Assembly: GCA_951406725.2 (NCBI GenBank)
Contig: OX597828.1
Span: forward strand, 31,000,001-31,064,000
DNA from: Octopus vulgaris
Taxonomy: Eukaryota
DNA: 64,000 nt
Direction: 5' to 3'
Below the pieces are notes generated by a model. It had not been told where the DNA came from. It saw only the letters and a program-made list of their open reading frames with translations, and did not search any database. This document shows positions 26,906-41,478 of this stretch, piece after piece. Numbering within the stretch: position 1 is the stretch's first letter; each line of letters begins with the position of its first letter. The position numbers were made by a program, and so were the translations under genes.

Positions 26906-27299
26906 TCACATTAAAGATAGATAGATAGATAGAGAGATAGATAGATAGATAGATACATACATACATACATACATACATAGATTTCTGCCATAACAGTTTG
27001 ACAACATTTTTTTCAACAATGGAATATAAATTAGTCGACATATAACAGCCGGTTGTCATACGACATTAATGAGTCTAAAGTAAAGCAATAGCCTTAAAAT
27101 TGCTTTAAATACTAGAGGAGAAATGAAGTTTATCGGAAGAGAAAATCATACTTTACTTGATTATTTATTTTTGAATTGAAATCAGTAAAACATGTTTATA
27201 TAAAAATACAAAAACTGGCGAATTGTATAATCGGGTTTACACTTTTACTGTATAGGTATTAATTGATACTCGATATATTTATATTTGCATGTGTGTGTG

Positions 27300-27671
<372 letters not shown>

Positions 27672-28723
27672 TATATAGGAATAAGTTTACCCATTCACTA
27701 AATTTTATATTTCTGCTTATAAAAAACTAGTTGTAGTGTGTCACACTTTGAATAAATAATATCTATAAAAAAAATACGATATTTCCTTCCGAAGCATGTA
27801 TAATGAAATCTTGTTGTTTTATTGCCGCAGTCCCAAGTGAGTCTGGGAAAAACATTAGTTGTAGCGTATAGAAATAAATGATCAAAGAATCGCTCTAATA
27901 AATGATGGCTAAAGCGTATTGACAGTGTTAAGTGTGCGGCTCTTGTATCACAAGGTTATACACACAATTTTTACATTAATCTGACGCACAATCACAACAT
28001 ACATTTTGGAAACTAAATCGTAGATATTACAAAAAATATAAAAAGAAAGAAAGAAAGAAAAATAATAATAATAATAATATACAGGTGTCTAGATATCTGC
28101 GGCAAATGTAAAAACTCAGCCAAACATATTTTACATTAAACAGATGTTTACTTCGAATGCGAACAAAGTGTTGTGAGTTGCTATCCTTTCCTTTACGCTC
28201 ATATATACGTTTATGTAAATACTGAAACTGAACAGGTAGTATGTAACACACGTTGACAAAGTCATGCGTGGTGCGTGGCGTATATACATACGTATACATA
28301 TCAACACATACACACATATATATGCTTACATTTATTATATATTTGGTTGTCTTAAAAAGTGTGTCATTCAATAAATCCGATATGTTTTTTTTTTAGGTTT
28401 GATCTGGTTCAATGTAGTAAGATATATATATATCCAAACAGGACTACGTATAATACATGAACGGTGAGAAAAATAACGATATATTGTGCAACGCCACCAA
28501 TTGTGCTATGAGGAAAATATATTTGGTAGAGTTTCCCTTTTCCGAGGTAATGAGCTGTGCAGGAATCCGCGTGACTCTAAAACAAAAAGGATAGCATAAA
28601 CGTTATTTCAAAGTTTGCGTAGCCTTCTGTTCTTTTATACACATCCATTCCTGCCATGTATGTGTATGTACATTTATGTGTGTGTACAGTTGTCTAATTT
28701 ATGCATGTATACATGTTGAATCG

Positions 28724-28843
28724 CTAGCTTCTGCACGCTGTTTTTTTCTCTTCTTGTTTCACTCCGTATTTCTTTTCTGTGTATCTTTCTGTTGAAGAGC
28801 GTAGGCTCGAAACGTAAAAGACTTGTTTTATTCATATTCCTGA
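28724..28843 (+). mobile_element. PLE-like non-coding fragment with hammerhead motif
   Basis: Homologous to 38315-38481 and contains the motif at 28784-28821. Confidence 0.7.
28784..28821 (+). ncRNA. Minimal type-I hammerhead-like motif with CUGUUGA core
   Basis: TCTTT-CTGTTGA-A-GAGC-GTAG-GCTC-GAAAC-GTA-AAAGA. It has a perfect 5-bp stem I, a 4-bp stem II, a palindromic ACGT stem III and a GUA triplet; the core differs from CUGANGA at one position. Confidence 0.65.
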
Positions 28844-28850
28844 ATAATAA

Positions 28851-28932
28851 CTTACACGTTAATTTCACGAGCAGGCTGTTCCGTTGATTCGGATCAACCG
28901 GAACCCTCGTCGTCGTAACCGACGGAGTGCTT
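28851..28932 (+). mobile_element. 5'-truncated SINE tail (CGTAACCGACGGAGTGC type)
   Basis: Matches 14752-14831. Confidence 0.8.
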
Positions 28933-28934
28933 CC

Positions 28935-29102
<168 letters not shown>

Positions 29103-29717
29103 ACAGCGATACAAATTGCAAACATCATTGAATGAGACAGAATCCTGTCGGAGGATCAATAGCGCATTGAGGCCAAACAAAAGAAAACCTAGTTTCGTTG
29201 ACCCACCTATACTGGAGCCAGAGTCACATGTCTTCATTCATACCCTATGTATCGTTTGATTCTTAGTCGTTTACATATATTTTGGTCTAAAATGCTAGAA
29301 TTTTTACTTTGGTACGTTTGCATTATCTGTAACCTTCACAACATTTAATTTATGTGAAACAAATATTGCTCTCACTGTAACTTTCCATGGTTAGCTGCAT
29401 AGGTCATCTTCACTAACTGAAGCGTGTTGGAGAGAACTACATTTAGTACGTTACATGGCCGTACTTGTAACTATAACAGGAATAATCAGCACGCAACAAC
29501 ATAGTGAATAAAATATGCTTAGATCGTAATTAATGTTCCCGTATTTAAAAACGGAACGCTAAACATACTCGCTAACATAATACGGTGTGAATCTGAACAC
29601 TTTATTTTACCACAGAAATAAATTTCACATTGTCTGACCGTAAACAAACTTATGTTCTACGGCAAGTAAGATCGACGAGTTAACAAATGTTCAGAGCACT
29701 AATATAAAACTAATTTT

Positions 29718-30993
29718 CACAAAGATCACCATTCCGTTATCAAATTTATTTAAATTTTGGAATTTATTGCGTCTTTAAATTTTGGAATCTATTTTTTTTT
29801 CGAGAATTATATTTCTGAATCATTTTGGAATCTTTTTTTTTTTTTTTCAACTTAATTTTAGCTAATTTTTGTTTATTTTCAGATCATTAAAATGGAATAT
29901 GAAGTTAAGAAAAACGAGTATTTTCGACACTTCCTTCTTTTTTCCTTATTGTCAAGGTTATAAGGCCCCTAACGCTGCTCGCAACATTTGTGCTGTGTTT
30001 GGGAAAGGGTCGCATAGCTGAAAGAACCGCTCCTGATTGGTATGCTAAGTTCAAAAATGGAAATTTTGACCTCAAAGTCGTATCTGGTTCGGGCCGTCCA
30101 GTTGAGTTCGATGAAGAGATGAAACCAATTTTACACGAAAATTCCCGTCAAACGACAAGGGAATTGGCAGGGAAAATGGAATGCTCCCACACTACCATAG
30201 AGAAATATCTTCACTCAATGGGAAAGGTTCAGAAGTATGGAGCATGGGTACCGCATGCTTTAAGTGACAACAAAAATCAACGAGCCACAATCTCCGCTGG
30301 TTCGCTCCACTCATGAACACAAGCAACGTATTCGTTACCGATCCATTACTGGCGACGGAAATAGCGCATGTACATCAATATGAAGCAGCGTAAGGAATGG
30401 CTTAGCCCCGGTAAACAAGCGACACCACATGTGAAACAAGATCTTCATCCGAGTAAAACGACGCTGTCGGTATGGTGGGACTAGGAAGAGATTATCCATT
30501 GCGAATTGCTTGAAAGAAACCAAACGGTCAACGCGGAACACTATATTCAACAGACGAAAGGACTCAACACGGCTATTCAAGAGAAAAGACCTAATCGGCA
30601 GCATGGAGTTCTGCTAAACGACAACGCCCGCCCTTAAACGCTAATATGGCCAAGGATGCCATTGAAACGCATATCTGGGAGTGCTGACGCACTCAACATA
30701 CTCTCCTGATTTGGAACCAACGGATTTTTACCTCTTTCAATCTCTTTCAAATGCTATGCGAGGAGTTTCGTTCAATACTGACGCAAAATTGGGAGCTTGG
30801 TTGGATCAAGTTTTCGAGTCGAAATCGTGTGATTTCTACCAACTCATTGAAACTCTTGCTAAACGTTGGGAAGAAGTTGTAAACAACAAGGGTGAATACA
30901 TTATTAATAAATTAGTTGTTATTTTTTATTAAATCTTTTCAGATTTAATTTAAATTTAAAATAAAAACGATGGGAACTTAGTTTCGAACCCAA
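29718..30993 (+). mobile_element. Near full-length mariner element, left TIR degraded
   Basis: Right TIR AAAACGATGGGAACTTAGTTTCGAACCCAA followed by TA. The 5' UTR matches the 10641 copy. The left boundary is approximate. Confidence 0.93.
29892..30910 (+). pseudogene. Mariner (DD34D) transposase pseudogene
   Basis: Motifs MEYEVKKNEYFRH, GRPVEFDE, WVPHAL, ITGD, DNARP and YSPDLEPTDFYLF are spread over several frames with stops and frameshifts. Confidence 0.92.
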
Positions 30994-31922
30994 TATATAC
31001 ATATGGTCTTGGCAGGTATATATCCATTGTGTTACGCTCAAACATTCCATAATATCAACTTCTGCAACAGTTCTGATACACTCTCTTGATTCATAATTGT
31101 ATTGCCAGCATAATCACAGTTCTGATACAAATGAAAGGTAGAGGTCTGCGGTATAGAGTTAAGGTAAAGAACGTCAGCAGAAAGACTAATCTTAATGGCC
31201 CTTGAGAAAATTCTAAAATTGTAACCATAGGATACATATCAAAACATGGCAAATACACTGGCATATAGAAACGGAATAGTTCAAGATACACAATACAGTC
31301 TTGCAAAAGCAAAATGTTTTAATGCCAGAGGCAGCATATTATATCTATCAAATAGATGAAAGGTGTGTAGTTTACTATATGCATGTAAAATAATTAATCA
31401 CTCTCAGTCAGGAAACATCCAATCCTGTTCTACGCATTTAGTATCAGTCGCTTCTTTTATGTTTAATTTCGTAGTATATTTATCGAGTGATTTCGTAAAA
31501 GTTTCATTATATGTGCTGTAGTACAGCACTTCTTATCATTATCACACCAGTCCTCATTTCGTAAACTACAAGTGCATATGAGATGGGAAATAGATTATTT
31601 TTATTTTAAACATTATAGAGCTAGTGAAATGTTACACAATCATTCTTTGACAGTACGTATGATCTAAAATATCAAAGAGTATTTCCACTGTTGTGTACGT
31701 GCAAACTATATATTCTTTAGGAATCAATGGGGTATTTAAAAAGAAGTTGCTTAGAAAAAACCATGCTAGTGTGTTTCATGAAACATTTAGTTTATACTTT
31801 CTATTCTAGTTTTCGCTTTTTTTTTTTTTGCTTTTCTATGCATATCTTGATCTCGTATCCAATCATACACATATAGAAACACACAAACACAGACACACAG
31901 ATACACGAGCACACACTCAAAC

Positions 31923-31983
<61 letters not shown>

Positions 31984-31995
31984 TATGTATGTATG

Positions 31996-32047
<52 letters not shown>

Positions 32048-33590
32048 CATATATATATGAAATCTATGTGCATTGATAAAGTGCGTGTAAGCATATGCGC
32101 AGTAAATCTCTCTTTATGTCACATACCGAGATATACTTTACTTAGTTGTTAAAATCTTTTTTGTGTGATTCTTGAGACGATTACTCCATAATTTCTATTT
32201 AATATACTCTGAACATAGCCGGAAGGAGGTTTTTTTTTTGTATATTGCTGACATGTAACGAACCTCTGTTATACACAAAATATATTCATGTGATGCCTGT
32301 GCGGGTTTGTTGGTAACCATCCGCTGTCTATTGAATTTGGTTCAGACGTATCTGGTCGGGTGATAAATAAATAAAACGAATTGGTTAAAATAACTGTTCC
32401 ACAAAGCAACATTCATATTTGCAGAGAGGAAAACAGGCAGACGGCGGACACTTCTTCATATATATAGAAAATCCAAATATAAAATTGCAGAACACATAAA
32501 GAGAAACGAACACTTAATACAGCGAGAAAAGTATTGAAAATAATCGTTAGCAGATATGGATGTATAAACACACTCGGGCAAGCTGCATGTCACGAGTACA
32601 TACGCTAATACAAGCATTAGCAAAAATGTCCGTGTATGTGGTATACCTTGTCTTAAAATACGTACAGTTATAGAATTCCTTATCAAACTTTATGAATTTT
32701 GTACTTATTTTTTAAGACGTAACATTCCGAAATCCATTCTAATTTTTTATATATCCACAAAATCATATTCCTGGAAAAATAGTGTGACCTACTGTATCTT
32801 GCATTAATAAAACTTTTTACTTCACAAAAAAGCAGTTTTTAAATCAAAAGTTTGTTTCAGTCGTAAGTTTTACATTCGCCGAATTCGTTTTTGACACAGT
32901 AGAATACAAATTGCTTCAATGACATAAACGTAAAGTTTACTCAATATATATTTCTATAGATTCGTTGTAGCGCAAAGACCAGTTTACGTGAAGAAAGTAA
33001 ATGAAAACCTAGACAATTCCGTGCTAAATTTCAAATTAGAAAACCGTACAACTCTAAGCAATACGGTGATCATTTCTCGATATAATGCTTCGGAGAGAAA
33101 ATAAGACACAACGTCCGATTATAATTAAGGAAGACATGAAATGTACTAACACAGACAGAGCAAACCACCACATAGATACAAATTGTCAAGAGGGAATATG
33201 CAAGCTCAGAAAGTCATCTTAATACTTTTCTTCTTAAACAAAACTCTGGTTAATGAAAATCACTGAACACTCAAACAATATTAAGCACACTGTTCTATTA
33301 AACTAGTAGAGGAACATGGAACAATGCAAATAAAAATACAATTACAATGCTACAAATGTATCATACACTCCACTATAAATGAGTGACAGGTCACTCTTAA
33401 ATGGATATTTACGAACTAAATACAATAAAGAACAATTATCAACTAAATGGAACCATTAATATAAAACATTATAAACAAAATACAAATGTGGTGAAAATAA
33501 ATCAGGAATTCTAAAGACAAGGAGAAGGAAAACAATAAAGAAATATCATATCCACATAGAAAGAAGTGCAGCACCACCGTGAGAAATTAT

Positions 33591-33753
33591 GCCGCCAGGA
33601 GTGGCTGTGTGGTAAGTAGCTTGCTTACCAACCACATGGTTTCCGGTTCAGTTCCACTGCGTGGCAGCTTGGTCAAGTGTCTTCTACTATAGCCTCGGGC
33701 AGACCAAAGACTTGTGAGTGGATTTGGCACACGGAAACTGAAAGAAGCCCGTC

Positions 33754-33806
<53 letters not shown>

Positions 33807-34041
33807 TATATATATTTATATGTGAGTGTATATGTTTGTGTGTTTGTGTTTGTCCCCCAACATCGTTTGACAACCGATGGTGGTGTGTTTATCTCCCCGT
33901 AATTTAGCGATTCGTCAAAAGAGACCGATAGAATAAGTACTAGGCTTACAAATATTAAGTCCTGGGGTCAATTTGCTCGACTAAAGGCGGTGCTCCAGCA
34001 TGACCACAGTCAAATGGCTGAAACAAGTAAAAGAGTAAAAG

Positions 34042-34042
<1 letters not shown>
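33591..34042 (+). mobile_element. SINE type A, full length, with internal (TA)n
   Basis: Runs from CAGGAGTGGCTGTGTGGTAAGTAGCTTGC to GAAACAAGTAAAAGAGTAAAAGA. Confidence 0.92.
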
Positions 34043-34075
<33 letters not shown>

Positions 34076-34091
34076 CTGTGTGTGTATGTAT

Positions 34092-34580
34092 GTGAAGGCA
34101 CATGTCTTAGTGTTTAGTGTGTTGTACTTACGACCTCGAGATCGTGGGTTCGATACACAGACCGAGCGTTGCGTTGTGTTCTAGTGCACAACATCATAAG
34201 CTGTTCTTCACTCCTGCTCCAGAGCGTCGGCTGCGGGGTCATTCCGAAAAGCTCTACCTGCGACGATTTCATCTCAATCGAAGGAGAGGAACTTTCTCCG
34301 TCCGGGTTGCGGATCCGTGGAACAAGCTGCCACACGAGATGGTGAAGATGCCGACGACCGCTTTGTTCAAAGCCTCCCTGGACCTCAAGTGGCCTGAACT
34401 CTTTACATGAACACCACCCTGTACTTAAGTCCATGTCCCCCTACATGGCCTTGCTATTTGCTTTTGAGCCAAATTAACTAACTAACCTCACGTTGCCCTG
34501 CGATAATTTCGACATCTGATAGGCGGCACCCTGTTGCACCTATAAAGATAATGTCGATTTGATGGATGGATTGAGCTAAA
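34092..34580 (+). mobile_element. Degenerate SINE type D split by a CR1 insertion
   Basis: Head GTGAAGGCACATGTCTTAGTG...GGTTCGAT...GCGTTGTGTTCT. The CORE-like sequence resumes as TCACGTTGC at 34488. The 3' boundary is approximate. Confidence 0.65.
34198..34486 (+). mobile_element. 5'-truncated CR1-clade LINE 3' end with (TAAC)n tail
   Basis: Intact frame LFFTPAPERRLRGHSEKL...RRGTFSVRVADPWNKLP...FKASLD* fits the CR1 motif RGH..KL...FFS.RV...WN.LP. A short 3' UTR ends in TAACTAACTAAC. Confidence 0.9.
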
Positions 34581-35239
34581 ACATTGGTGGGGGTGGGGGT
34601 GGGGCAAAACAGCGTATGGATGATGACAGGTTGGAAATGATGAAAATCGAGTGATGGACACGGGGACCCTACAAGCCACGCATCATCATTGATCTTCTAG
34701 AATCACTGCTACTTCCGCTCATGTCATATCACTTAGACATGTAATGCAGCATACACTCTTCATTGATAAATCAGGATAGACAAGATGTTTTGGAGCAGCA
34801 TATAACTTTTGATGAAAAGGAATGTCACATTGTCTTTTGATCTTCTTTATAATTACTGGTATTCACATTCAATAATCTCACTTATACATGTAGTAAGGCA
34901 TTCACGGTACAGATCATACAAAACGGGTTGAATGAACGTATGATTCGCTGGTGTTCGGATGTAGAGGGGCTAGTTATGAGGAACATGTCACTTTCTGGAT
35001 TTATGTTTAGCCAGGGTGGTTTATTTTACCCTGGTGATGCTGGCGGTGATATCTCGAGTGAATGGCTTATATGTGGTTTTGTTTGCGCAGTAATAGAAGT
35101 TGGTTACATGTCAGCAAGATATTAAAAAAAAAATCTCCTTCCTGCTATATTCAGAGTATATTAAATAGAAATTATGGAGTAATCGTCTCGAGAATCACAC
35201 AAAAAACATTTTAACAACTAAGTACAGTATATCTCGGTA

Positions 35240-35700
35240 TGTGAGCAGGATGTTTATGCTTTGCGGTACGTGTATTGGTATGAGTGCGGGGTTTGGGTTG
35301 TCTTTGATTCTGATGGCTTCTTTTTTTTGAAGTAACTGTGTAGGATGTTTGTGGTTTGTGTGTGCATGTTGAGGATGCAGTTTTTTGGATGTTTTTGGCG
35401 GTCATTTTTGTGAGTGCGAGGGGCGTATATTTCATTTTACGTCTCCTTTTGACTATTATCCATCCATCATCAGTCTCATCGAACGAGGTTGGTGACTTTG
35501 GGGTGTCTTTGTTGGGGTCCTCCACTTCCCTCTGTGTCACCTTTGATGTAGGCTGCTTTATTGTGGTGCTGGTCGGCTTCATTTTTTTTCTTGCAGGTTG
35601 TAAGTATATGGCGGGCTGCAAAGTGGAGGGTGTGTTTCTGCTTGTAGAACCCGTGGCACGTGATTTTTATGTGGTCTGTTTGCCTACACTTAACAATGCA
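35240..35700 (-). mobile_element. Probable LINE ORF1 (gag-like) fragment
   Basis: Frameshifted CCHC knuckle C-(x)K-C-RQTD-H-IKIT-C at 35656-35695, followed by a T/K/P-rich tract with DDGWIIVKRRRK. The clade cannot be assigned. Confidence 0.55.
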
Positions 35701-36393
35701 GTCAAACTAAATGTACGATATGGATATGGTTGGAAATCCTTTAAATGGAAACATGTTCATTTAGGGTCAAGTTGAGCATAAACAAAACTTTCTTCTCTAT
35801 AACGTACAATGAAATTACTGTTTGAAACATTATAAGAGAATGAAATGGAAGGGATATTTCGTTTCGTATAAGTGTGAATATTAAAGAAACAAATTCTCAA
35901 AACATGGAAGTGTACCATGATATTCTAAAAAGCACATGATTATACCAGTAAAGGTCAAATCTCACAAAAGGTTATGATGCTACGAAATATGAAGAATAAT
36001 ACATTTTTCAGGATCTGGAACAATTAAACTGTAATTAGGTTGTGATACTCTTATTTGACAGTGTCATTCTATATGGAATTTTAAAAAAAAATATTATTGG
36101 ACATAAGAAAATTATTAGCATTTACCACCCATCTTTGAAATAAAAGTTAGACACGTATCTGTCTATTAATCGGCATTCACTTTCATTCGTTCCGTTTTGA
36201 GCATACTTATAACAATACTTTAATAAGACTATTCAAGCACTGCAGACATACTTCACAAAACGGAAAGAAACCAAAAGCTATGTGTCATTATACATATATG
36301 CGTATATGTATGTCTATATCTGACAGTTTATATGTGTACGTATGTAAATGCCTCTGTATCTATTTGAGTGTGTTCGCAGCTATACGTACACAG

Positions 36394-36466
<73 letters not shown>

Positions 36467-36843
36467 CATATGTGGTTTATATTTTAGAGACTGGTGTTCT
36501 CTATATGAATAGATACACTTCGTAGTGCTCAAAAAATTAGAATTTCAGCCGTCAGATACCTAAGGCGACGGCAAGCAAGCTAGGTACGTCGAATTCCACA
36601 TAAAGATACATTTAATCGAAACGAAAACTATAAGTGAGTATGGATATTTAATATAATATCAACTTACATAAAAAAAATACGATGTCGTTTAATATTTTTT
36701 TATTTAAGTTGGATTACGTATTCTTGATATCCACGCGCATTCACATTTTTCTTTTCGATTAAATATATATTTATGTATATCTTTATATATTTATCTTTAT
36801 ATATTTATCTAAATATATATCTATATATATTTATGTATATCAT

Positions 36844-37184
36844 GTGAAGGCGCATGGCTCAGTGGTTAGAGCGTCGAGCTTACGATCGTGAGGTTGTGAG
36901 CTCGAATCCCGGACCAGGCTGCGTGTTGTGTTCTTGAGCAAGGCACTTTATTTCACGTTGCTCCAGTTCACTCAGCTGTAGAAATGAGTTGCGACGTCAC
37001 TGGTGCCAAGCTGTATCGACCTTTGTCTTTCCCTTGGATAACACTGGTGGCGTGGAGAGGGGAGGCTGGTATGCATGGGCGACTGCTGGTCTTCCATAAA
37101 CAACCTTGCCCGGACTTGTGTCTAGGAGGGTAACTTTCTAGGTGCAATCCCATGGTCATTCATGACCGAAGGGGGTCTTTACCC
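36844..37184 (+). mobile_element. Full-length SINE type D (tRNA head plus CORE-like domain) with 10-bp TSD
   Basis: A box TGGCTCAGTGG, B-box-like GCTCGAATCC and CORE-like TTGTGTTCTTGAGCAAGGCACTTTATTTCACG. TATGTATATC occurs at 36832-36841 and 37185-37194 (low complexity). Confidence 0.9.
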
Positions 37185-37212
37185 TATGTATATCTTTATG
37201 TCTAAATAGACG

Positions 37213-37273
<61 letters not shown>

Positions 37274-37402
37274 AGTAATAGTAGGGGAGAACGGAGATTC
37301 TCCACATCTGCAACTTTACTGAACATTCATTTCCAGTTATTTGCAGGCCGACCTCTTAGATTTAAAGCAAAACGTGTCACTACATTCGCTCAAGAATATT
37401 AG

Positions 37403-37603
37403 TTCAATTTCTAGAATGAGGTCAGCAGCAGCTTCATGGATAGGAGAAAGTCAATTACATTGACCCCAATATTTAACTAGTAATTATTTTATTAACTCAG
37501 AAAGGATGAAAAGCAAATTGACCTCGGTGTAATTTGAACTGAGAACGAAAAGCCGGGTGAAGTAATCATTCTGCCTGTTATGGAAACGATTCTGTCAAGT
37601 CAC
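37403..37603 (-). mobile_element. Old SINE type B copy
   Basis: Contains GAAAGGATGAAAAGCAAATTGACCTCGGTGTAATTTGAACTGAGAACG. Confidence 0.7.
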
Positions 37604-38192
37604 TTATAGATATCGATATGTTTGCAGTGCATTATTACTGGTGAAGAAAATGCTTCATTATATCACCATTATTTAATGCACATTACTTCACAAGTTATAT
37701 CTACAAGGTAAACGTTTTGTACACATCTATGTTTGTAAAAGGTAACATTCTCCCAAGCTGCTGACATTGGTCTGGTAAGTCCATCTGCAGCATAAAGTGA
37801 TAAGAATATGCTCATCATTTCTTCTTCACACAAAATTTATTTATAATTTATATTTTTGATTTCGTTATTATTTCGAAACATATTCTCGATTTTTTAATAT
37901 TTTATGAGAACATATCGCATTCATGTTTATCTTTTCGTTGTAAATCTCTTTCTATGAAATAATAATCAGACAGATATATCCCTTGAGACGTCTGGAAACC
38001 GAACTAGTAAGAACGATGGCACTCCTATCCTGAAATACTATGCCAAAACAAGAACTATATACCAATGATAGTACAAAATATACCACCACGTTCAACAACA
38101 TACAGTAAGCAGTCTCTAGCTGGACTAGACTACTTTATGCGCAACTCCATTGTCACCCGAGACAGAAAGGGTGCCAACAATATATATATATA

Positions 38193-38310
<118 letters not shown>

Positions 38311-38314
38311 TATA

Positions 38315-38479
38315 TTAGCTCCTACATGCATTTTTCTCTCCTTGTTTCTTTTCTGTGTATCGAAGAGCGTAGGCTCGAAACGTAAAAGACTTGTTCTATT
38401 TCTATTCCTGAGCACCATACATTTGTTTGTTTGTACTCCACCTGATTTCGTGTTTTGTTTATTTTCGTAAACCTTCCCG

Positions 38480-38481
<2 letters not shown>
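38315..38481 (+). mobile_element. PLE-like non-coding fragment between (TA)n tracts; hammerhead core deleted
   Basis: Shares GAAGAGCGTAGGCTCGAAACGTAAAAGACTTGTT with 28794-28827 but lacks the 8 nt TTTCTGTT. Confidence 0.7.
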
Positions 38482-38544
<63 letters not shown>

Positions 38545-38948
38545 ATATATATATGTATGTATGTATATGTATATAAGTGTGTGTGTGTATTAGAAAACAA
38601 GAAGATAATTATTTTATCTAAGATATATCGTATCTGGGAATTTTCTTCTGGTCGAGTAACCCATCCTGCTCAAAAGGTCCTTGAATATGGCTTCTTTAAT
38701 GATATTGAACGAAACACCAATGTTTCCAAAGGTAAATTAAACAAACCCCAAATAATCCATCTCAACATATGGCTATGATGCTCCCCCAGTTCTTCTGCTC
38801 GTGATCAGAGAAGCACATAACGTCAGGGACATGCTCAACTGGTTAAGACCAAACAACCAACAAGCAAATCTGTGGTATTGAGCAGAATATTCCAATTAGT
38901 TAAGATGAGAAGCCGCGAGAGCCACTGCCTGGTACTGCATCATTGCAG

Positions 38949-38980
38949 TATTATTATTATTACTATTATTATTATTATTA

Positions 38981-39043
<63 letters not shown>
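38949..39043. repeat. (TAT)n microsatellite
   Basis: Seen directly. Confidence 0.95.
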
Positions 39044-39044
<1 letters not shown>

Positions 39045-39054
39045 CATATAAATG

Positions 39055-39349
39055 TCCAACTGATACGGTCAACGGAACATCATGCTCTTGAAATTAACGT
39101 CCAAGTGGCTGAGCACTCCACAACAGGTGTACTCTTAACGTTGTTCTCGGTGGAGATTCAGCGTGACACAGTGCGTGACAAAGCTGGCCCTTTGAAATAC
39201 AGGTACTACTCACTTTTGCCAGCTCAGTGGACTAGATCAACGTGAAATAAAGTGACTTGCTCAAGGACACAAGGCACCGCCGTGATTTGAACTCACGACC
39301 TTACGATCATGATCCGAATGCCCGTAACCACTAAGCCACGCGCCTTCAC
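39055..39349 (-). mobile_element. SINE type D head with the tail of the 14432 SINE
   Basis: Reverse complement reads GTGAAGGCGCGTGGCTTAGTGG...CORE-like...GTACCTGTATTTCAAAGGGCCAGC...GCTCAGCCACTTG.ACGTTAATTTCA. Confidence 0.85.
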
Positions 39350-39366
39350 ACGCACAAAACACACAC

Positions 39367-39433
<67 letters not shown>

Positions 39434-40448
39434 GGGCGTGCATTGCAATTGCGACCATTTTGATGTGTCCAAGTTTGTAAATGTCATTTCTATTCTGAAA
39501 TGAAATGTCACTAGTCAACTGCTTACTTATCCTGTATCATGGAGCAAACAAAAAGTTTAATTCTCTAATTTTCTCTAATTTGTGTCGCTCATCGTGTGGT
39601 GACCCTGTGGTTGGTAGTTCGTTCTATGACACATACAATGTGAGAGGAGATATTGGTGTGTTTCTTATCCAATATAATTTCAATCCTTCTCTGTGGCGTC
39701 TTGATAGAAGTTTTATTAGGTAACACAGTTACAACTTTTATTTGCTATGAATATACATACCGTAAACAAAAGTTAATTACGAGAGATTAGTTATGAAGAG
39801 AATATAGTCGTTTAACAATGACAATGTTGCATCATCATGTTATTAATTTAATATTTCATGTGTATTCGCTGTTTCATAAGCGTAGCATTGATTGTATAAA
39901 CTGTTCTCCAACACTTGAGTATGTAGCCATTCAATGAATAAAAAATAACCAACAAACTCAACGGTAAATAGAGACGAAGCAAAGTGCAGAGCTCATACTG
40001 CAAGATATTATAAAAGAGAGATTTATGTTTTGGCTACCCACTACTTATTTCAATGCTGCTTTAGATAAGGGGTTCTACAATAATATTTGAACATTACACG
40101 ATTGAGGTTCTTCCGGGTTACTAATTCCTGAATTTTAGATAACTAGGATGCTATTATATGACAAATATATCGCTTGTGACTGCTTAAGATTAGTACCGCG
40201 CGAGCGGATTACTTCCTGAAACACGTAAGAGCATATGAAATACAACTATGCCAGATCCCAACTGAGAAATCAACATGAATTTCATACTCTGTGAAATTAT
40301 GATAGATGACAATTATGCGTTTTTAGATGAACATAAAAATGCTTACAATTCTTTCGAGTGAGACTAAACTAGTGAAACTTTTGATCTGTTTCGTAAAAGT
40401 TAGGAATATAAATTTGACAATAATACATATACACACTTACATGTAGAC

Positions 40449-40480
<32 letters not shown>

Positions 40481-40667
40481 TGTGTGTTTGTGTGTGCCTC
40501 TGTGTCTGTGTCTGTGCGCATGTAGTACATTGTAATTAATCTTATATTCTCAAAGTCTATATATAGATTAATCGCTGCAAACACACACACACATACTCAT
40601 GTAGACATAAATACATACTTATATGCATGCGCACATACATGCGCATATACATACATACCTACATATA

Positions 40668-40695
40668 TACATACATACATACATACATACATACA

Positions 40696-40727
<32 letters not shown>

Positions 40728-40810
40728 CATACATACATACATACATACATACATACATACATACATACATACATACATACATACATACATACATACATAC
40801 ATGCATACAT
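40668..40810. repeat. (ACAT)n microsatellite
   Basis: Seen directly. Confidence 0.95.
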
Positions 40811-41375
40811 ATATATCATGAACTAACTGTTACTTTCTCAGATGCAGCATGGAATTTTGTCAGTGAACAGGTCGTGGTCTTAAAGCGACGAAAATATTTT
40901 GACAAAGATTTCTATATTTCCGTTTCCACATGCACATTATAAACAATATCCTGAATAACATGCACCAATAAAGAAGACCTGGAGTCTATATATGCCACCA
41001 GCGTATTAAAGTTTAGAGCGGTTGTTTTGAATTGTTTGGAAGCATTCAAGACACACTGCCTGTAGAACAGTATTCTGCACTCACCAGCATATTAAAATCA
41101 TTTCGTAAGGGAAACAAAAAGCAAGCAGCTTTGCTCGTCTGACAATCCAAGCTTCATATCATACGGGCTTTCCATACTATTCTTAAAATCATTATCTGGA
41201 AACATGAGCAATAGGAAACAAATGTAAGGAGGTTTGATCGCTTTATAACGATGGCAGGAAATGGAGAATATCCTCTGAATAAAAATATCATGTGTGACAC
41301 TCTCAACAAAGTGATCAAATATGTATTTAAAGTGCAGATGGAAAGGTTCTGAAATGTGCTTGTATACATACATGC

Positions 41376-41376
<1 letters not shown>

Positions 41377-41434
<58 letters not shown>

Positions 41435-41478
41435 TATACATGCATACATACGTACATACATACATACATACATACATG
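41377..41478. repeat. (TAGA)n followed by (TACA)n microsatellite
   Basis: Seen directly. Confidence 0.95.

Noticed and set aside
35211-35775. 136-aa and 139-aa overlapping ORFs as a host gene
   Set aside because: The minus-strand ORF is better explained as a LINE ORF1 remnant with a broken zinc knuckle. The hydrophobic plus-strand ORF is its antisense shadow.
36844-36915. tRNA-like sequence with A and B boxes (also at 14432, 39349, 49602)
   Set aside because: There is no complete cloverleaf or acceptor stem, and the sequence continues into SINE body and tail, so these are SINE heads.
38640-38942. Higher-GC segment that looks like an interspersed repeat
   Set aside because: There is only one copy in the window and no diagnostic motif or translation, so it cannot be classified without a search.
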